Source: a bacterium (GTDB lineage Bacteria; Patescibacteriota; Minisyncoccia; Phycocordibacterales; UBA1006). From it: a stretch of DNA of 64,000 bases. Shown piece by piece: positions 19,465 to 29,198 of this stretch. Each line of letters starts with the position of its first letter. The stretch's first letter is position 1. The notes beneath the pieces are model-generated. The model saw only the letters and a program-made list of their open reading frames with translations, made no database searches and had not been told where the DNA came from. Where the stretch lies: assembly GCA_037144045.1 (NCBI GenBank), contig JBAWXN010000001.1:203752-267751 (forward strand). The letters run 5' to 3'. The position numbers and the translations under genes are program-made.

Positions 19465-20175
19465 ATGAAATTTTCATTTAAATCAGTACTTCTCACAGGG
19501 TGGCACACCTTTAAGAACAACTGGAAATTTATTATTCTCTTGGGTCTTGCGACAGTATTTGCACAAATAATTGTTCGAGGCGCAGAACAAGCTGCTATTG
19601 ATCGCAGCGCTATTCTCAGTCTTGCACTCTGGCTCGTAAGTACTATCCTTGCGGTTATTATTAGTCTTGGCTGGTCTAAAGTTTTCCTAAACCTATTGCG
19701 CCATAATCACGCTGATTGGAACACATTTAAAACTGAACCTAAGCAATGGCTCTTGTACATAAAGTCATCACTCTGGCTTGTGGCATACAGTTTTGGATAT
19801 ATGATTATTGCAGCACTGCCATTTATTATCTTAGGAATTATTGGTTCATACGCAGATGTCTACTGGTTACAAATCGCTTCCGTTATTGCTGGAATTGTTT
19901 CAGTCACTGTAGTTGCAGTGTATATGGCTATTCGCTATCAATTCCTTGCATTCAGTGTCATTGATGCGACCTCTTCTGGTTCTCGGGAACTTTATAATAA
20001 GTCAGGATCATTAACTAAGAATGCTTGGTTTCAATTGTTTGGATTTGCGTTAGTAAGTATACTTCTTGCAATTATTGGAGTACTCTGTTTAGTAGTAGGA
20101 CTTATTATTGTGATTCCAGTAGTATCTATTGCACAAGCAAAGATCTACGACATGTTGAAATCACATCACGCATAA
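19465..20175 (+). CDS. Polytopic membrane protein (possibly DUF975-like)
   Basis: 236 aa, about 5-6 TM segments. No catalytic motif seen. Confidence 0.45.
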   Translation: MKFSFKSVLLTGWHTFKNNWKFIILLGLATVFAQIIVRGAEQAAIDRSAILSLALWLVSTILAVIISLGWSKVFLNLLRHNHADWNTFKTEPKQWLLYIKSSLWLVAYSFGYMIIAALPFIILGIIGSYADVYWLQIASVIAGIVSVTVVAVYMAIRYQFLAFSVIDATSSGSRELYNKSGSLTKNAWFQLFGFALVSILLAIIGVLCLVVGLIIVIPVVSIAQAKIYDMLKSHHA

Positions 20176-20201
20176 ACCGCTTTGCAAAAATGCGGTTTTT
20201 T
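20175..20201 (+). terminator. Rho-independent terminator
   Basis: aaccgc-tttgcaaaaat-gcggtt followed by a T-run. Confidence 0.5.
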
Positions 20202-20215
20202 GCTACCTTGGCATT

Positions 20216-20941
20216 ATGCGGCTTGATACGTATCTCGTACAACGCCATAATTATTCACGGAGCAGAGCCCAGCTGCTTATTGATGATGGATCAGTTTTAA
20301 TTAACGGTGTTGTTGCTACAAAAGCAAATAAAACCGTGCAACTGAATGATCACGTAGCAGTTACTGATACTATTAAATTTGTTTCGCGAGCGGGACTTAA
20401 GTTAGCGTATGCGCTCGAGGCGTTTACTATTAATGCAAGTAATAAAATCTGCTTAGATATTGGATCATCAACAGGGGGATTTACTGACTGTTTACTGCAG
20501 CAAAGTGCACTACATGTTGATGCGGTTGATGTGGGAACTGATCAATTGGTTGATGTGCTCAGACTGAATCCCCGGGTTAGCGTGTATGAACAAACTGACA
20601 TTCGAGTTTTCAATAACTCGCAACGCTATGACCTTATTGTCTGTGATGCTTCATTTATTTCACTCCTTAAAATAATTCCCGAATTGCCACGATTTTCTAA
20701 AGAATTTACTGAAGTACTCTTACTCATTAAACCTCAATTTGAAGTAGGCAAGGAGTACCTCGGTAAAGGAGGGATTGTGAATGATGAGATGCGTGTTGTG
20801 GAAGTAATTACTGATATTGTTACTGCGGCGCAGACTCTTGGATATCGCATTAATAATGAAGTAAAACTTTGCCCAATCAAGGGTGGTGACGGAAATCAGG
20901 AGTACATCGCGTGTTTTACATATGTGAAAAAATCAGTATAA
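20216..20941 (+). CDS. tlyA: TlyA-family rRNA 2'-O-methyltransferase (S4 domain plus FtsJ-like methyltransferase)
   Basis: S4-like N-terminus MRLDTYLVQRHNYSRSRAQLLIDDGSVLINGV. SAM-binding motif LDIGSSTGGFTDCLL. Confidence 0.85.
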   Translation: MRLDTYLVQRHNYSRSRAQLLIDDGSVLINGVVATKANKTVQLNDHVAVTDTIKFVSRAGLKLAYALEAFTINASNKICLDIGSSTGGFTDCLLQQSALHVDAVDVGTDQLVDVLRLNPRVSVYEQTDIRVFNNSQRYDLIVCDASFISLLKIIPELPRFSKEFTEVLLLIKPQFEVGKEYLGKGGIVNDEMRVVEVITDIVTAAQTLGYRINNEVKLCPIKGGDGNQEYIACFTYVKKSV

Positions 20942-20954
20942 TTCACGTTATTCT

Positions 20955-21908
20955 ATGCAAATACCTTTTGAAACAAAACCTATCATTAAGGACTGGAAGT
21001 ACGTTATCGTGCTGTTTTATAAATATGTAGCCATTGCTGACCCTGAATTATTCAAGGCGGAACATCACGCCTTGTGTGAGCGACTTGGTATCAAGGGGCG
21101 GTTTATTGTCGCCCATGAAGGACTTAATGGAACCTGCGAAGGAACACCAGAAGCTATTAATGAATACATTAAAGAACTCACTTCTGATCCAAGGTTTGCA
21201 GAAACTCATATTAAATACAGCGAAGGAACCGGAGCTTCATTTCCAAAAATTAAAATCAAAGTTCGCCCAGAAATTGTAAACCTCGGCCTCGGCGATGAGG
21301 ATTTCAATCCGAATGAATTTACCGCACCCCATTTAAAACCCGCAGAGCTTGATGCATGGTTTGAACAAAACAAGGACTTTGTCGTTGTAGATATGCGAAA
21401 TGATTACGAACATCAAGTAGGACACTTTCCGAATTCAGTACTTCCAAATATGCGCTATTTCCGTGAACTCCCTAAAATCCTTCCTGAGCTTGAGCACCTT
21501 AAAGACAAGACGGTGCTTACGGTATGTACCGGTGGTGTACGTTGTGAAAAGGCGAGTGGCTACCTCCTTAAAAAGGGATTTAAAGATGTACATCAATTAG
21601 ACGGAGGAATAGTTTCGTATATGGAACAGTACCCTGGAAAAAATTTCCTCGGGGCTATGTACACATTCGATGGGCGTGTAGTTATGGATTACGATCACGG
21701 TAATCATCCAGTAATTGGAATATGTAAAAATTGTGGTGTGGCCACTGAACAGATTATTGATTGTAAAAATGAATCCTGTCACGGACAAATGTTGCTCTGT
21801 GAATCATGCTTTGCCGAACATGGAAAAATGTATTGTCGCGACCGATGCACGATGCACCTGAGTCCATTTCAGCGTTTTATAACAAGTATTAAAAAAGCGT
21901 TCAAGTAA
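20955..21908 (+). CDS. trhO: Rhodanese-domain tRNA uridine(34) hydroxylase (TrhO/YceA, UPF0176)
   Basis: UPF0176 N-terminal domain, rhodanese active-site loop CTGGVRCEKASGYL and a C-terminal Cys-rich tail. Confidence 0.8.
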   Translation: MQIPFETKPIIKDWKYVIVLFYKYVAIADPELFKAEHHALCERLGIKGRFIVAHEGLNGTCEGTPEAINEYIKELTSDPRFAETHIKYSEGTGASFPKIKIKVRPEIVNLGLGDEDFNPNEFTAPHLKPAELDAWFEQNKDFVVVDMRNDYEHQVGHFPNSVLPNMRYFRELPKILPELEHLKDKTVLTVCTGGVRCEKASGYLLKKGFKDVHQLDGGIVSYMEQYPGKNFLGAMYTFDGRVVMDYDHGNHPVIGICKNCGVATEQIIDCKNESCHGQMLLCESCFAEHGKMYCRDRCTMHLSPFQRFITSIKKAFK

Positions 21909-21931
21909 AAAACCCTCTGAAGGGTTTTTTA
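21908..21931. terminator. Bidirectional terminator
   Basis: aaccct-ctga-agggtt followed by a T-run. Between convergent genes. Confidence 0.6.
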
Positions 21932-23173
21932 CTTGGTAATATGTATTGAATTTCCAGCAACGAATCCAGTAGTCCAACAGAGTTGTAAACTATAACCACC
22001 GGAAGGGCGGTCAATATCAATCAGGTCTCCGATAATATATACACCAGGCACTATTTTTGACTCCATGGCCTTAGTAGTTATTTCAGATAATGGAATACCA
22101 CCACTGGTTATAATAGCCTTATCAGTTCCCATGAGCCCTGATACACGCATTACTAGTGATTTAACTACAGTAATAAGAGTAATACGCTGGTCACGAGTAA
22201 TACTATGACAGGGTGTCTCAGGTTTGATTGCTGCGACTTCAAGGATATGGTCAACGAGTTTTACCGGAATACTATTTCCTAAAATATTTTTAATGTGTTT
22301 GTTTGAATTACTGTGAAAAAGTTCAGTAAACCGTTTATTTATTGATCCGAGGTCTACACCAGGAAACAAATCGAGTGTAATATCTACGGGGCCATATTTC
22401 AAGTATTCGCCAATATCTCGACTCATATTAAGAATGGTGGGCCCACTTAATCCAAAATGAGTGAAGAGTAATTTACCTATTTTTGCTCCTTGCTTTTGAT
22501 TGTTCTGCACGATAGTAATGCGAACTTTTTCTAAGGTTAATCCTGAGAGTTCGTGCACCCACGCGTCGTTAACAATAATAGGTACTAATGACGCTTCTGG
22601 TTCACGGACAGCATGACCTAATGATTCAAGGATTTTAAAACCGTCTCCGGTTGATCCTGTTTCTGGGCGTGATTTTCCGCCAGTTGCAAGTATTATCGAT
22701 TTAGAATGATATGTCTGTTTTTGAGTTGTTACTAAAAATAAATCATCATGTATAGTAACTGTTTTAACCGCTGATTCATAATGAATAACTACGCGAGTAT
22801 CTTTTAAATAATCATTAAGCACATTCCATACTGACTGAGCCGAATCTGAAACAGGAAACACACGCCCCTCGTTTTCGATTTTCGTAGGCATACCGTGACT
22901 GTTAAAAAAAGAAATCGTGTCAGTATTATTCCACTGTGAAAAAGGCGAGTGCAAAAATGGCGCTGCTGCTTTAAATTTATCAAGTAATGTCCTCAGATCA
23001 GATTCAGCGCTAGTAACATTGCACCGACCACCTCCAGTAATGAGGAGTTTTTTTCCAAGATTTTCATTTTTTTCAAGAATAAGTACCCGTGCGCCACGTT
23101 CTGCAGCACGCCCAGCAGCCATCATTCCTGCAGGTCCACCACCAATAATAATTACGTCAAAAAAGTCCTGCAT
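21929..23173 (-). CDS. HI0933-like FAD-dependent flavoprotein (YhiN/aminoacetone oxidase family)
   Basis: FDVIIIGGGPAGMMAAGRAAERGARVLILEKNENLGKKLLITGGGRCNVT. Confidence 0.8.
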   Translation of the reverse strand: MQDFFDVIIIGGGPAGMMAAGRAAERGARVLILEKNENLGKKLLITGGGRCNVTSAESDLRTLLDKFKAAAPFLHSPFSQWNNTDTISFFNSHGMPTKIENEGRVFPVSDSAQSVWNVLNDYLKDTRVVIHYESAVKTVTIHDDLFLVTTQKQTYHSKSIILATGGKSRPETGSTGDGFKILESLGHAVREPEASLVPIIVNDAWVHELSGLTLEKVRITIVQNNQKQGAKIGKLLFTHFGLSGPTILNMSRDIGEYLKYGPVDITLDLFPGVDLGSINKRFTELFHSNSNKHIKNILGNSIPVKLVDHILEVAAIKPETPCHSITRDQRITLITVVKSLVMRVSGLMGTDKAIITSGGIPLSEITTKAMESKIVPGVYIIGDLIDIDRPSGGYSLQLCWTTGFVAGNSIHITK

Positions 23174-23181
23174 AAGCGGTA

Positions 23182-23994
23182 CTACATTGATTTAAGCTTT
23201 TCGACATCTTTAGGACTTACTGATTTCACATTTCCAGCAATCATTGATGCTGCTTTAAGGTGTCCAATACGAATTCGAGTAAGAGTAGTAATGGTAAGGT
23301 GACAGGCGTCACACATACGACGAATTTGGTGTTTGCGTCCTTCTTGAAGCACTATAGAAAACACACTACGTCCGCGACGTTCAGTAATGGCTGGTTTTGT
23401 AATAATACCATCAAGCATAATTCCTTGAGCCATACGGCGAAGGTGTTCATCTGAAACTTGTTCACGAACGGTAACCAAGTATTCTTTTTCAACGGTTGAG
23501 TCTTCTTTAGTGAGCGCACGTGCGAGTGATCCATCATTTGAAAGTAAAATGATTCCTGTAGAATCTTTATCGAGTCGTCCAATAGGTGATAGATGTGCAA
23601 CACGAGGATACCGACTTTTAATATCAGTATTTGCAGAATTTGTCGCACTGGTTTCAATACCACGAGGCTTGAAGAGGAGCACGGTTTCTTTTTTGGGAAG
23701 GGAAGCACCGTCTACGGTTACTACATCTTTATCAGGATTAATACCGTATCCCGGTTCAAGTACTCTTTTTTTATTTACAAAAACAAGACCTTGGGTAATC
23801 AAACTCTTTGCTTCACGTCGAGAAGCGAGTCCACTACGTGCCATATGACGCTCCAAACGCTCCATTCCAGGCTTTAAAGTACTTACTGGTGCAACACGAG
23901 GTTTGGGAGCTTGCGGAGCAGGAATAAAGGTTTTTGAGAGTTTTTTAGCACGGTTAGGTGACTTACGGGGTCGCCGAGGTGAAGAAATTTTCAT
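23182..23994 (-). CDS. Pseudouridine synthase, RsuA/RluB family, with a basic N-terminal tail
   Basis: S4 domain LERHMARSGLASRREAKSLI. Catalytic motif IGRLDKDSTGIILLSNDG. Start chosen at the ATG giving MKISSPRRPRK. Confidence 0.8.
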   Translation of the reverse strand: MKISSPRRPRKSPNRAKKLSKTFIPAPQAPKPRVAPVSTLKPGMERLERHMARSGLASRREAKSLITQGLVFVNKKRVLEPGYGINPDKDVVTVDGASLPKKETVLLFKPRGIETSATNSANTDIKSRYPRVAHLSPIGRLDKDSTGIILLSNDGSLARALTKEDSTVEKEYLVTVREQVSDEHLRRMAQGIMLDGIITKPAITERRGRSVFSIVLQEGRKHQIRRMCDACHLTITTLTRIRIGHLKAASMIAGNVKSVSPKDVEKLKSM

Positions 23995-24128
23995 AAAAAT
24001 ACTATAACATAGAAATTTAAATAAGTAAAATAAAGAAACAATAAACATTCTGTAGCGTCCTCGTTGCGGAAATATCCTGGAGCATTATAATCTGATCATT
24101 ATTTATTAATCTAATCTACATCATTCCT

Positions 24129-24458
24129 ATGAAAGAAGTTACTTTTAAAATAGACATGACCGAATTTGCAACCAAGAAAGACCTTGAACAATTCGCTACT
24201 AAAAAAGATCTTGAATCATTTGCAACTAAGAAAGACCTTGAGCGTTTTGCAACAAAAGAAGATCTTGCAAAACTTGATGATACGCTCCATTATTTCATGG
24301 ACAAAGTAATGACTACACTGGATAGGATTGAATCAACCATGGCCACCAAAGAAGACCTTAACAAACTACGCCACGATCATGGTACCCGCATAGAACTTCT
24401 TGAGGATGAAGTAAGGAATATTAATAAGAAACTCGAGCACGTACATCTAGGAGTGTAA
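24129..24458 (+). CDS. Small coiled-coil protein with four tandem 9-aa FATKKDLEx repeats (DUF1640-like?)
   Basis: MTEFATKKDLEQFATKKDLESFATKKDLERFATKEDLAKLDD..., then a C-terminal coiled-coil. The family assignment is tentative. Confidence 0.5.
   Translation: MKEVTFKIDMTEFATKKDLEQFATKKDLESFATKKDLERFATKEDLAKLDDTLHYFMDKVMTTLDRIESTMATKEDLNKLRHDHGTRIELLEDEVRNINKKLEHVHLGV
24165..24272 (+). repeat. Intragenic 27-bp tandem repeat, 4 copies
   Basis: Units tttgcaaccaagaaagaccttgaacaa / ttcgctactaaaaaagatcttgaatca / tttgcaactaagaaagaccttgagcgt / tttgcaacaaaagaagatcttgcaaaa. Confidence 0.7.
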
Positions 24459-24476
24459 TATGCTAGAATACTCGAT

Positions 24477-26162
24477 ATGACACAGCGAGACGCGCTCACA
24501 ATCATGAAAATGGGGAATAATGTCTTCCTTACTGGAGGTGCAGGATCTGGAAAAACCTACGTACTTAATGCATACATTAAGTACCTTAAAGAACATGATG
24601 TTGAAGTAGCTATTACTGCATCAACAGGAATCGCGGCGACTCACATGGGAGGAATGACAATTCATGCATGGTCAGGAATGGGAATTCGTGATTTTATTTC
24701 TGATTACGATATTGATCAAATGGAAGAAAAAAAGTACCTCTGGGATCGCTACGACAAAGTGAAAGTACTTATCATTGATGAAATTTCAATGCTTTCAGGA
24801 GGATTCCTTGATAACCTCGATAGAATATGTAGGTCGTTTAAAAGAAATCCTGAAGTAGCTTTTGGCGGTATTCAGGTTATTTTGTGTGGAGACTTATTTC
24901 AGCTACCACCTATTTCAAGAAATGAAGCATCATCGGGACTTGTCATTGATTCATTGGCTTGGAAGAATTCAAACTTTGTAGTGTGTTACATTACTGAACA
25001 ACACCGTCAAGACGATTCTCGATTCACAGAAATACTCAACGCGGTGCGTACTAACAGTCTCTCTAATGATCACTTCGAAATACTTGAATCACGCATGCGT
25101 GAATTTGACGACGATTTTTTTGCCTCCATGACAAAGCTGTTTACTCATAATTCAGACGTCGATGTAATTAATAATCGTGCACTCATTCAAATTGACGAAG
25201 AAGAACATGAATACCTCATGACTGCAAAAGGTAAATCAAACCTCATTGAAACCCTAAAGAAAAGTTGTTTAGCACCCGAGAAACTTATTTTGAAAATTGG
25301 AACAGAGGTAATGTTTGTTAAAAATAACTACGATAAGGGATACGTAAACGGAACGCGAGGTATCGTTATTGATTTTGATGAACTCGATCAGCCTATTATT
25401 GAACTACGCAATGGTGATAAGGTAACCGTTGGCACAGAAACATGGGGAATTGATGATGAAGGCAAAGTACTTGCATCGATTACTCAGATGCCTTTGCGTC
25501 ATGCGTGGGCTATTACGGTGCACAAAAGCCAGGGAATGAGTCTTGATGAGGCAGTTATTGATCTGTCACGTTCGTTCACGTATGGAATGGGCTACGTTGC
25601 GCTATCGCGAGTACGGAGGCTCGAGGGGTTGCATCTTATTGGTTTTTCGCGAGAATCATTAGACCTTGATCCGCGCATGTATATAGTTGACCAAGACCTT
25701 CAAAAAAGGTCAGAGCGTGCTGCGGAACGACTCAAGGAAATTGATCTCGACACGCTTGAAAAGCGACACGCTGACTTTATAACAAAATCAGGAGGTTCTC
25801 TTGAGATTAAAGTTCAGTCAGTAAAAAACAAACTTTCAACCCAAAAAACACACGAACAAACCTATGACCTTATTAAATCAGGAAAAACTATCGATAGTGT
25901 AGCAAAAGAACGCGATCTGGTAGTAGGTACCGTCATTGATCACCTCGACAAAGCACGACAACTCGGTTGGGATATTTCATTCAAGCATATCAAACCAAGT
26001 AAAACAGAAATGTCTGCAATCAAGGCAGCATTTCAAGAAACAAAGGAGCGGGGTACCGACATTCACGAGGCAAAGCTTACTCCTGTAAAACGATACCTTG
26101 ATAAAGCCGGTGCAGACTATAGTTTTGACACTATTAAATTAGTAAGGTTGTTTTTGAAATAA
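24477..26162 (+). CDS. Pif1-family SF1B DNA helicase with a C-terminal HTH domain
   Basis: Walker A GGAGSGKTY. Motif II LIIDEISML. Pif1 signature motif LDRICRSFKRNPEVAFGGIQVILCGDLFQLPPIS. Motif VI VHKSQGMSLD. C-terminal HTH segment TYDLIKSGKTIDSVAKERDLVVGTVIDHL. Confidence 0.85.
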   Translation: MTQRDALTIMKMGNNVFLTGGAGSGKTYVLNAYIKYLKEHDVEVAITASTGIAATHMGGMTIHAWSGMGIRDFISDYDIDQMEEKKYLWDRYDKVKVLIIDEISMLSGGFLDNLDRICRSFKRNPEVAFGGIQVILCGDLFQLPPISRNEASSGLVIDSLAWKNSNFVVCYITEQHRQDDSRFTEILNAVRTNSLSNDHFEILESRMREFDDDFFASMTKLFTHNSDVDVINNRALIQIDEEEHEYLMTAKGKSNLIETLKKSCLAPEKLILKIGTEVMFVKNNYDKGYVNGTRGIVIDFDELDQPIIELRNGDKVTVGTETWGIDDEGKVLASITQMPLRHAWAITVHKSQGMSLDEAVIDLSRSFTYGMGYVALSRVRRLEGLHLIGFSRESLDLDPRMYIVDQDLQKRSERAAERLKEIDLDTLEKRHADFITKSGGSLEIKVQSVKNKLSTQKTHEQTYDLIKSGKTIDSVAKERDLVVGTVIDHLDKARQLGWDISFKHIKPSKTEMSAIKAAFQETKERGTDIHEAKLTPVKRYLDKAGADYSFDTIKLVRLFLK

Positions 26163-26190
26163 CTTATTAAAATGTGTATACTTAACTCAT

Positions 26191-26880
26191 ATGAAAAAAC
26201 TCTATTTTGATATTGAAACCATTCCTGCTGATGAATCATCCCACGAAGCATTACGGTATTTATATAATCGTAAGATCGAGAAAAAGATGAAAGAAAAGGG
26301 AATTGATCACACTGAGGCCGTTGCAGAATTTGGAACGTTTGAAAAATTTGTTGATGGAACCGGTTTTGATGGATCATTCGGACGAGTACTATGTATTGCA
26401 TATGCCGTAAATAATGAAGAAACGCGCGTTATTTGTAACGATGGTAACGAAAAAAAGACCCTCGAGGATTTCTGGTTTGTTGCAAAACAAATTGATCTGT
26501 TTGTCGGGCATAACATTATGGAATTTGATCTTAAATTCCTCCTGCAGCGATCAATCATGCTTGGAGTAAAACCAACTTGGACACGATTCATGGAACCCGG
26601 TAAAAAACCATGGGACATGATTAAACATCTCGATTTTGCTCGGTATAAGAGTCTTCCTATATTCGATACGATGCATGAATGGTCAAACTGGGGGAATCCC
26701 AAGGTTGGGCTTGAACATCTCGCACTTGCTATGGGTATTCCAACACCTAAAGAAGGCATTGATGGATCTGAAGTTTGGAATTTCTACAAAGCTGGAAAAG
26801 TGAAAGAAATTTGTGAGTATTGTATGCGCGACGTAGAAACTACTCGAGCAGTATATAAACGCATTGCATTTGAAGACTAG
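26191..26880 (+). CDS. RNase H-fold 3'-5' exonuclease (YprB/MrfB-like, PolB-exonuclease-related)
   Basis: Exo I-like motif LYFDIETIP. Later acidic motifs (FVGHNIMEFDLKFL, YCMRDVETT) are consistent with a DEDD-type fold. Starts 29 nt after the helicase. Confidence 0.6.
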   Translation: MKKLYFDIETIPADESSHEALRYLYNRKIEKKMKEKGIDHTEAVAEFGTFEKFVDGTGFDGSFGRVLCIAYAVNNEETRVICNDGNEKKTLEDFWFVAKQIDLFVGHNIMEFDLKFLLQRSIMLGVKPTWTRFMEPGKKPWDMIKHLDFARYKSLPIFDTMHEWSNWGNPKVGLEHLALAMGIPTPKEGIDGSEVWNFYKAGKVKEICEYCMRDVETTRAVYKRIAFED

Positions 26881-26897
26881 TAAGTAGTCTTTTTTTG
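26873..26897 (+). terminator. Rho-independent terminator after the exonuclease gene
   Basis: aagact-agtaagt-agtctt followed by a T7 run. Confidence 0.5.
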
Positions 26898-26918
26898 TAT
26901 CCGTGATATTATTACGCT

Positions 26919-27335
26919 ATGGATAAAATGTTTGATATATTTCAAGTAAAAAACTGGCATCAATCAGACCAGGCGAACCGTAGCTACGCTGATCGCCTTG
27001 CTGATGTTATTGCAGAGTTCGTAGGTTCATGGATGTTTGTAATTATTCACATTATTTGGTTTAGTGTTTGGATTATTACCCCCATAGAACCGTTTCCTTT
27101 TGGATTACTCACCATGGTAGTGAGTCTCGAAGCGATTATGTTGTCAACATTCATTATGATGTCTCAAAATCGGCAATCAGATCGCGATCGAGCCCAAGCA
27201 CAAGCTGATTACGAAACGAACGTTACTGCAAAACAGGAAATTGAAGAACTTCAGGCGCGTTTAGCTCGCATTGAAATTGACAAACTAGACAAAATTCTTA
27301 AACTACTTGAAGACCAAAAATCTAAACGATCGTAG
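26919..27335 (+). CDS. DUF1003-family membrane protein
   Basis: DRLADVIAEFVGSWMFVIIHIIWFSVWII...LSTFIMMSQNRQSDRDRAQAQADYETNV. Confidence 0.7.
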   Translation: MDKMFDIFQVKNWHQSDQANRSYADRLADVIAEFVGSWMFVIIHIIWFSVWIITPIEPFPFGLLTMVVSLEAIMLSTFIMMSQNRQSDRDRAQAQADYETNVTAKQEIEELQARLARIEIDKLDKILKLLEDQKSKRS

Positions 27336-27350
27336 ATTTAGTCTCACCTT

Positions 27351-28406
27351 ATGAAGCACCCTCTTTCACAGTATCATTATTCAATTTCTGAAAAAAATAT
27401 TGGGAGAACACCGAAAGAACCTCGCCATGATGCGAGGCTTTTCGTGTACAACACTACGACAGACACGATTACTTTCGATACATTCTTAAATATTGATACC
27501 TACCTACCAAAGAGTAGTCTTGTGGTACTTAACAATACTGGCGTGATTCCGGCTCGTGTAGTATTTACCAAGGATACCGGAGGTAAAATAGATGGACTCG
27601 TACTTATCAATGAAGGATTTGATACTGAGGGAGCCTTGCCTGTAATTGTAGATAAAAATATGTTTCCAGGACGAAGGATTGCCTTGGGTGATTATTGGTT
27701 CACGATTACTCGACAACGTGACCAGCGATTTTACATAAAACCAGATAGCAACCCCGAACGAATTTCAGAGATTCTCGAACAGTTGGGAACTACTCCGACA
27801 CCTTACTACTTAGGTGATTTAAATATGACCGAATCACAATTGCGAGATCGATATCAAACAACTTTTGCACAAAATAAAAAATCTGTAGCAGCTCCTACAG
27901 CGTCGCTCCACATCACCCCAGAAGTACTTAACCGATTACAGAACCAGGGGATTATTATCACGGAAATTACCCTCGACGTGGGACTAGGAACATTTGCAGA
28001 TATTGAACAAAAAAATGTCGACGAAAAATTCTTGCACAGCGAACTCCTCTTTATTTCATCTGAATCACGTAAAAAAATTTACGATACGAAACAAGCAATG
28101 GGTCCTGTCGTTGCAGTAGGAACTACCGTAGTGAGGACTCTTGAATCACAAAGCAGTCAATTACTCACGGAAGGTGAAGACGCTCTTGCAACGGAAACTA
28201 ATATTTTTATTTTGCCTGGGTATGATTTTAAAATAGTAGATCACTTAGTGACTAATTTCCATGTACCGGAATCAAGCCTTATGGCACTGGTTGATGCGTT
28301 CTTAATTCATAAGAAATCACGGCGAAATTTGGTTGAGTTGTATCAAGTAGCGATAGATAATGGGTTTATGTTCTATTCATTCGGGGATAGTATGCTTATT
28401 ATTTAA
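27351..28406 (+). CDS. queA: S-adenosylmethionine:tRNA ribosyltransferase-isomerase
   Basis: LSQYHYSISEKNIGRTPKEPRHDARL..., VTNFHVPESSLMALVDAF. Confidence 0.85.
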   Translation: MKHPLSQYHYSISEKNIGRTPKEPRHDARLFVYNTTTDTITFDTFLNIDTYLPKSSLVVLNNTGVIPARVVFTKDTGGKIDGLVLINEGFDTEGALPVIVDKNMFPGRRIALGDYWFTITRQRDQRFYIKPDSNPERISEILEQLGTTPTPYYLGDLNMTESQLRDRYQTTFAQNKKSVAAPTASLHITPEVLNRLQNQGIIITEITLDVGLGTFADIEQKNVDEKFLHSELLFISSESRKKIYDTKQAMGPVVAVGTTVVRTLESQSSQLLTEGEDALATETNIFILPGYDFKIVDHLVTNFHVPESSLMALVDAFLIHKKSRRNLVELYQVAIDNGFMFYSFGDSMLII

Positions 28407-28464
28407 TTAGGAAGGTGTTGTTTTTCCATGAGCTATGCTATATTTTGCGTATTAAATTCCACGT

Positions 28465-29181
28465 ATGTCAACAATTCTCGGAAAACTCTATATCGTCGCG
28501 ACCCCTATTGGAAACCTTGCCGATATGACGTTTCGTGCGGTTGAAACACTGAAATCCGTTGATACTATTTTGTGCGAAGACACACGCACCACTGGAAGTC
28601 TCCTTAAACACTACGAGATTACGAATAAAAACGAGGCAGGTCACAGTAAACTTATGAGTTTCCATAGTCATTCTAAACTCACTAAGGTTTCGCAAATTAT
28701 CGATATGATTCAAGTAGGGAAGAATCTTGCACTTGTTTCCGATGCGGGAACCCCATGCATTTCAGATCCCGGCGTTATCCTGGTTCAAGAACTCCGTAAA
28801 AATTTTGCAAATGATATTGAAATTATTGCCGTGCCTGGCGCGAGTGCTATGATCTCAGCTATTTCTATTTCAGGACTTCCAGCGCATGAATTCACTTGGC
28901 TTGGATTCGTACCCCATAAAAAGGGTCGAGAGACATTCTTTACTACCATAGCAGAAACTGACCACACGGTAGTATTTTACGAATCAGTGCATCGGTTTTT
29001 GAAAACTATTGAATCACTCAACGAAAAAATACCTGGACGACCTATAGTGATAGCTCGAGAACTTACTAAATTATTTGAGCAGGTCGTATCGGGAAACTCT
29101 TCTGAAATCCTTGACTATTTTACGAATCATCCTGATAAAGTACGCGGGGAATTTGTAATCATTGTAGGCCCAAAGAAATAA
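28465..29181 (+). CDS. rsmI: 16S rRNA (cytidine1402-2'-O)-methyltransferase
   Basis: LYIVATPIGNLADMTFRAVETLKSVDTILCEDTRTTGSLLKHYEI. Confidence 0.85.
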   Translation: MSTILGKLYIVATPIGNLADMTFRAVETLKSVDTILCEDTRTTGSLLKHYEITNKNEAGHSKLMSFHSHSKLTKVSQIIDMIQVGKNLALVSDAGTPCISDPGVILVQELRKNFANDIEIIAVPGASAMISAISISGLPAHEFTWLGFVPHKKGRETFFTTIAETDHTVVFYESVHRFLKTIESLNEKIPGRPIVIARELTKLFEQVVSGNSSEILDYFTNHPDKVRGEFVIIVGPKK

Positions 29182-29198
29182 TGTATAATTAAGCGCAT

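Noticed and set aside
8404-23877. Further nested or antisense ORFs in the housekeeping block (e.g. 8404-8616, 8546-8908, 9155-9388, 10500-10736, 11288-11861 group, 12587-12922, 13180-14040 group, 14381-14584, 15308-15625, 16009-16323, 17406-17777, 17416-17622, 17922-18152, 18415-19020 group, 19746-20300 group, 21034-21279, 21597-21788, 22917-23195, 23260-23877 group)
   Set aside because: Each lies inside a well-supported gene on the other strand or frame. None has independent motif support.
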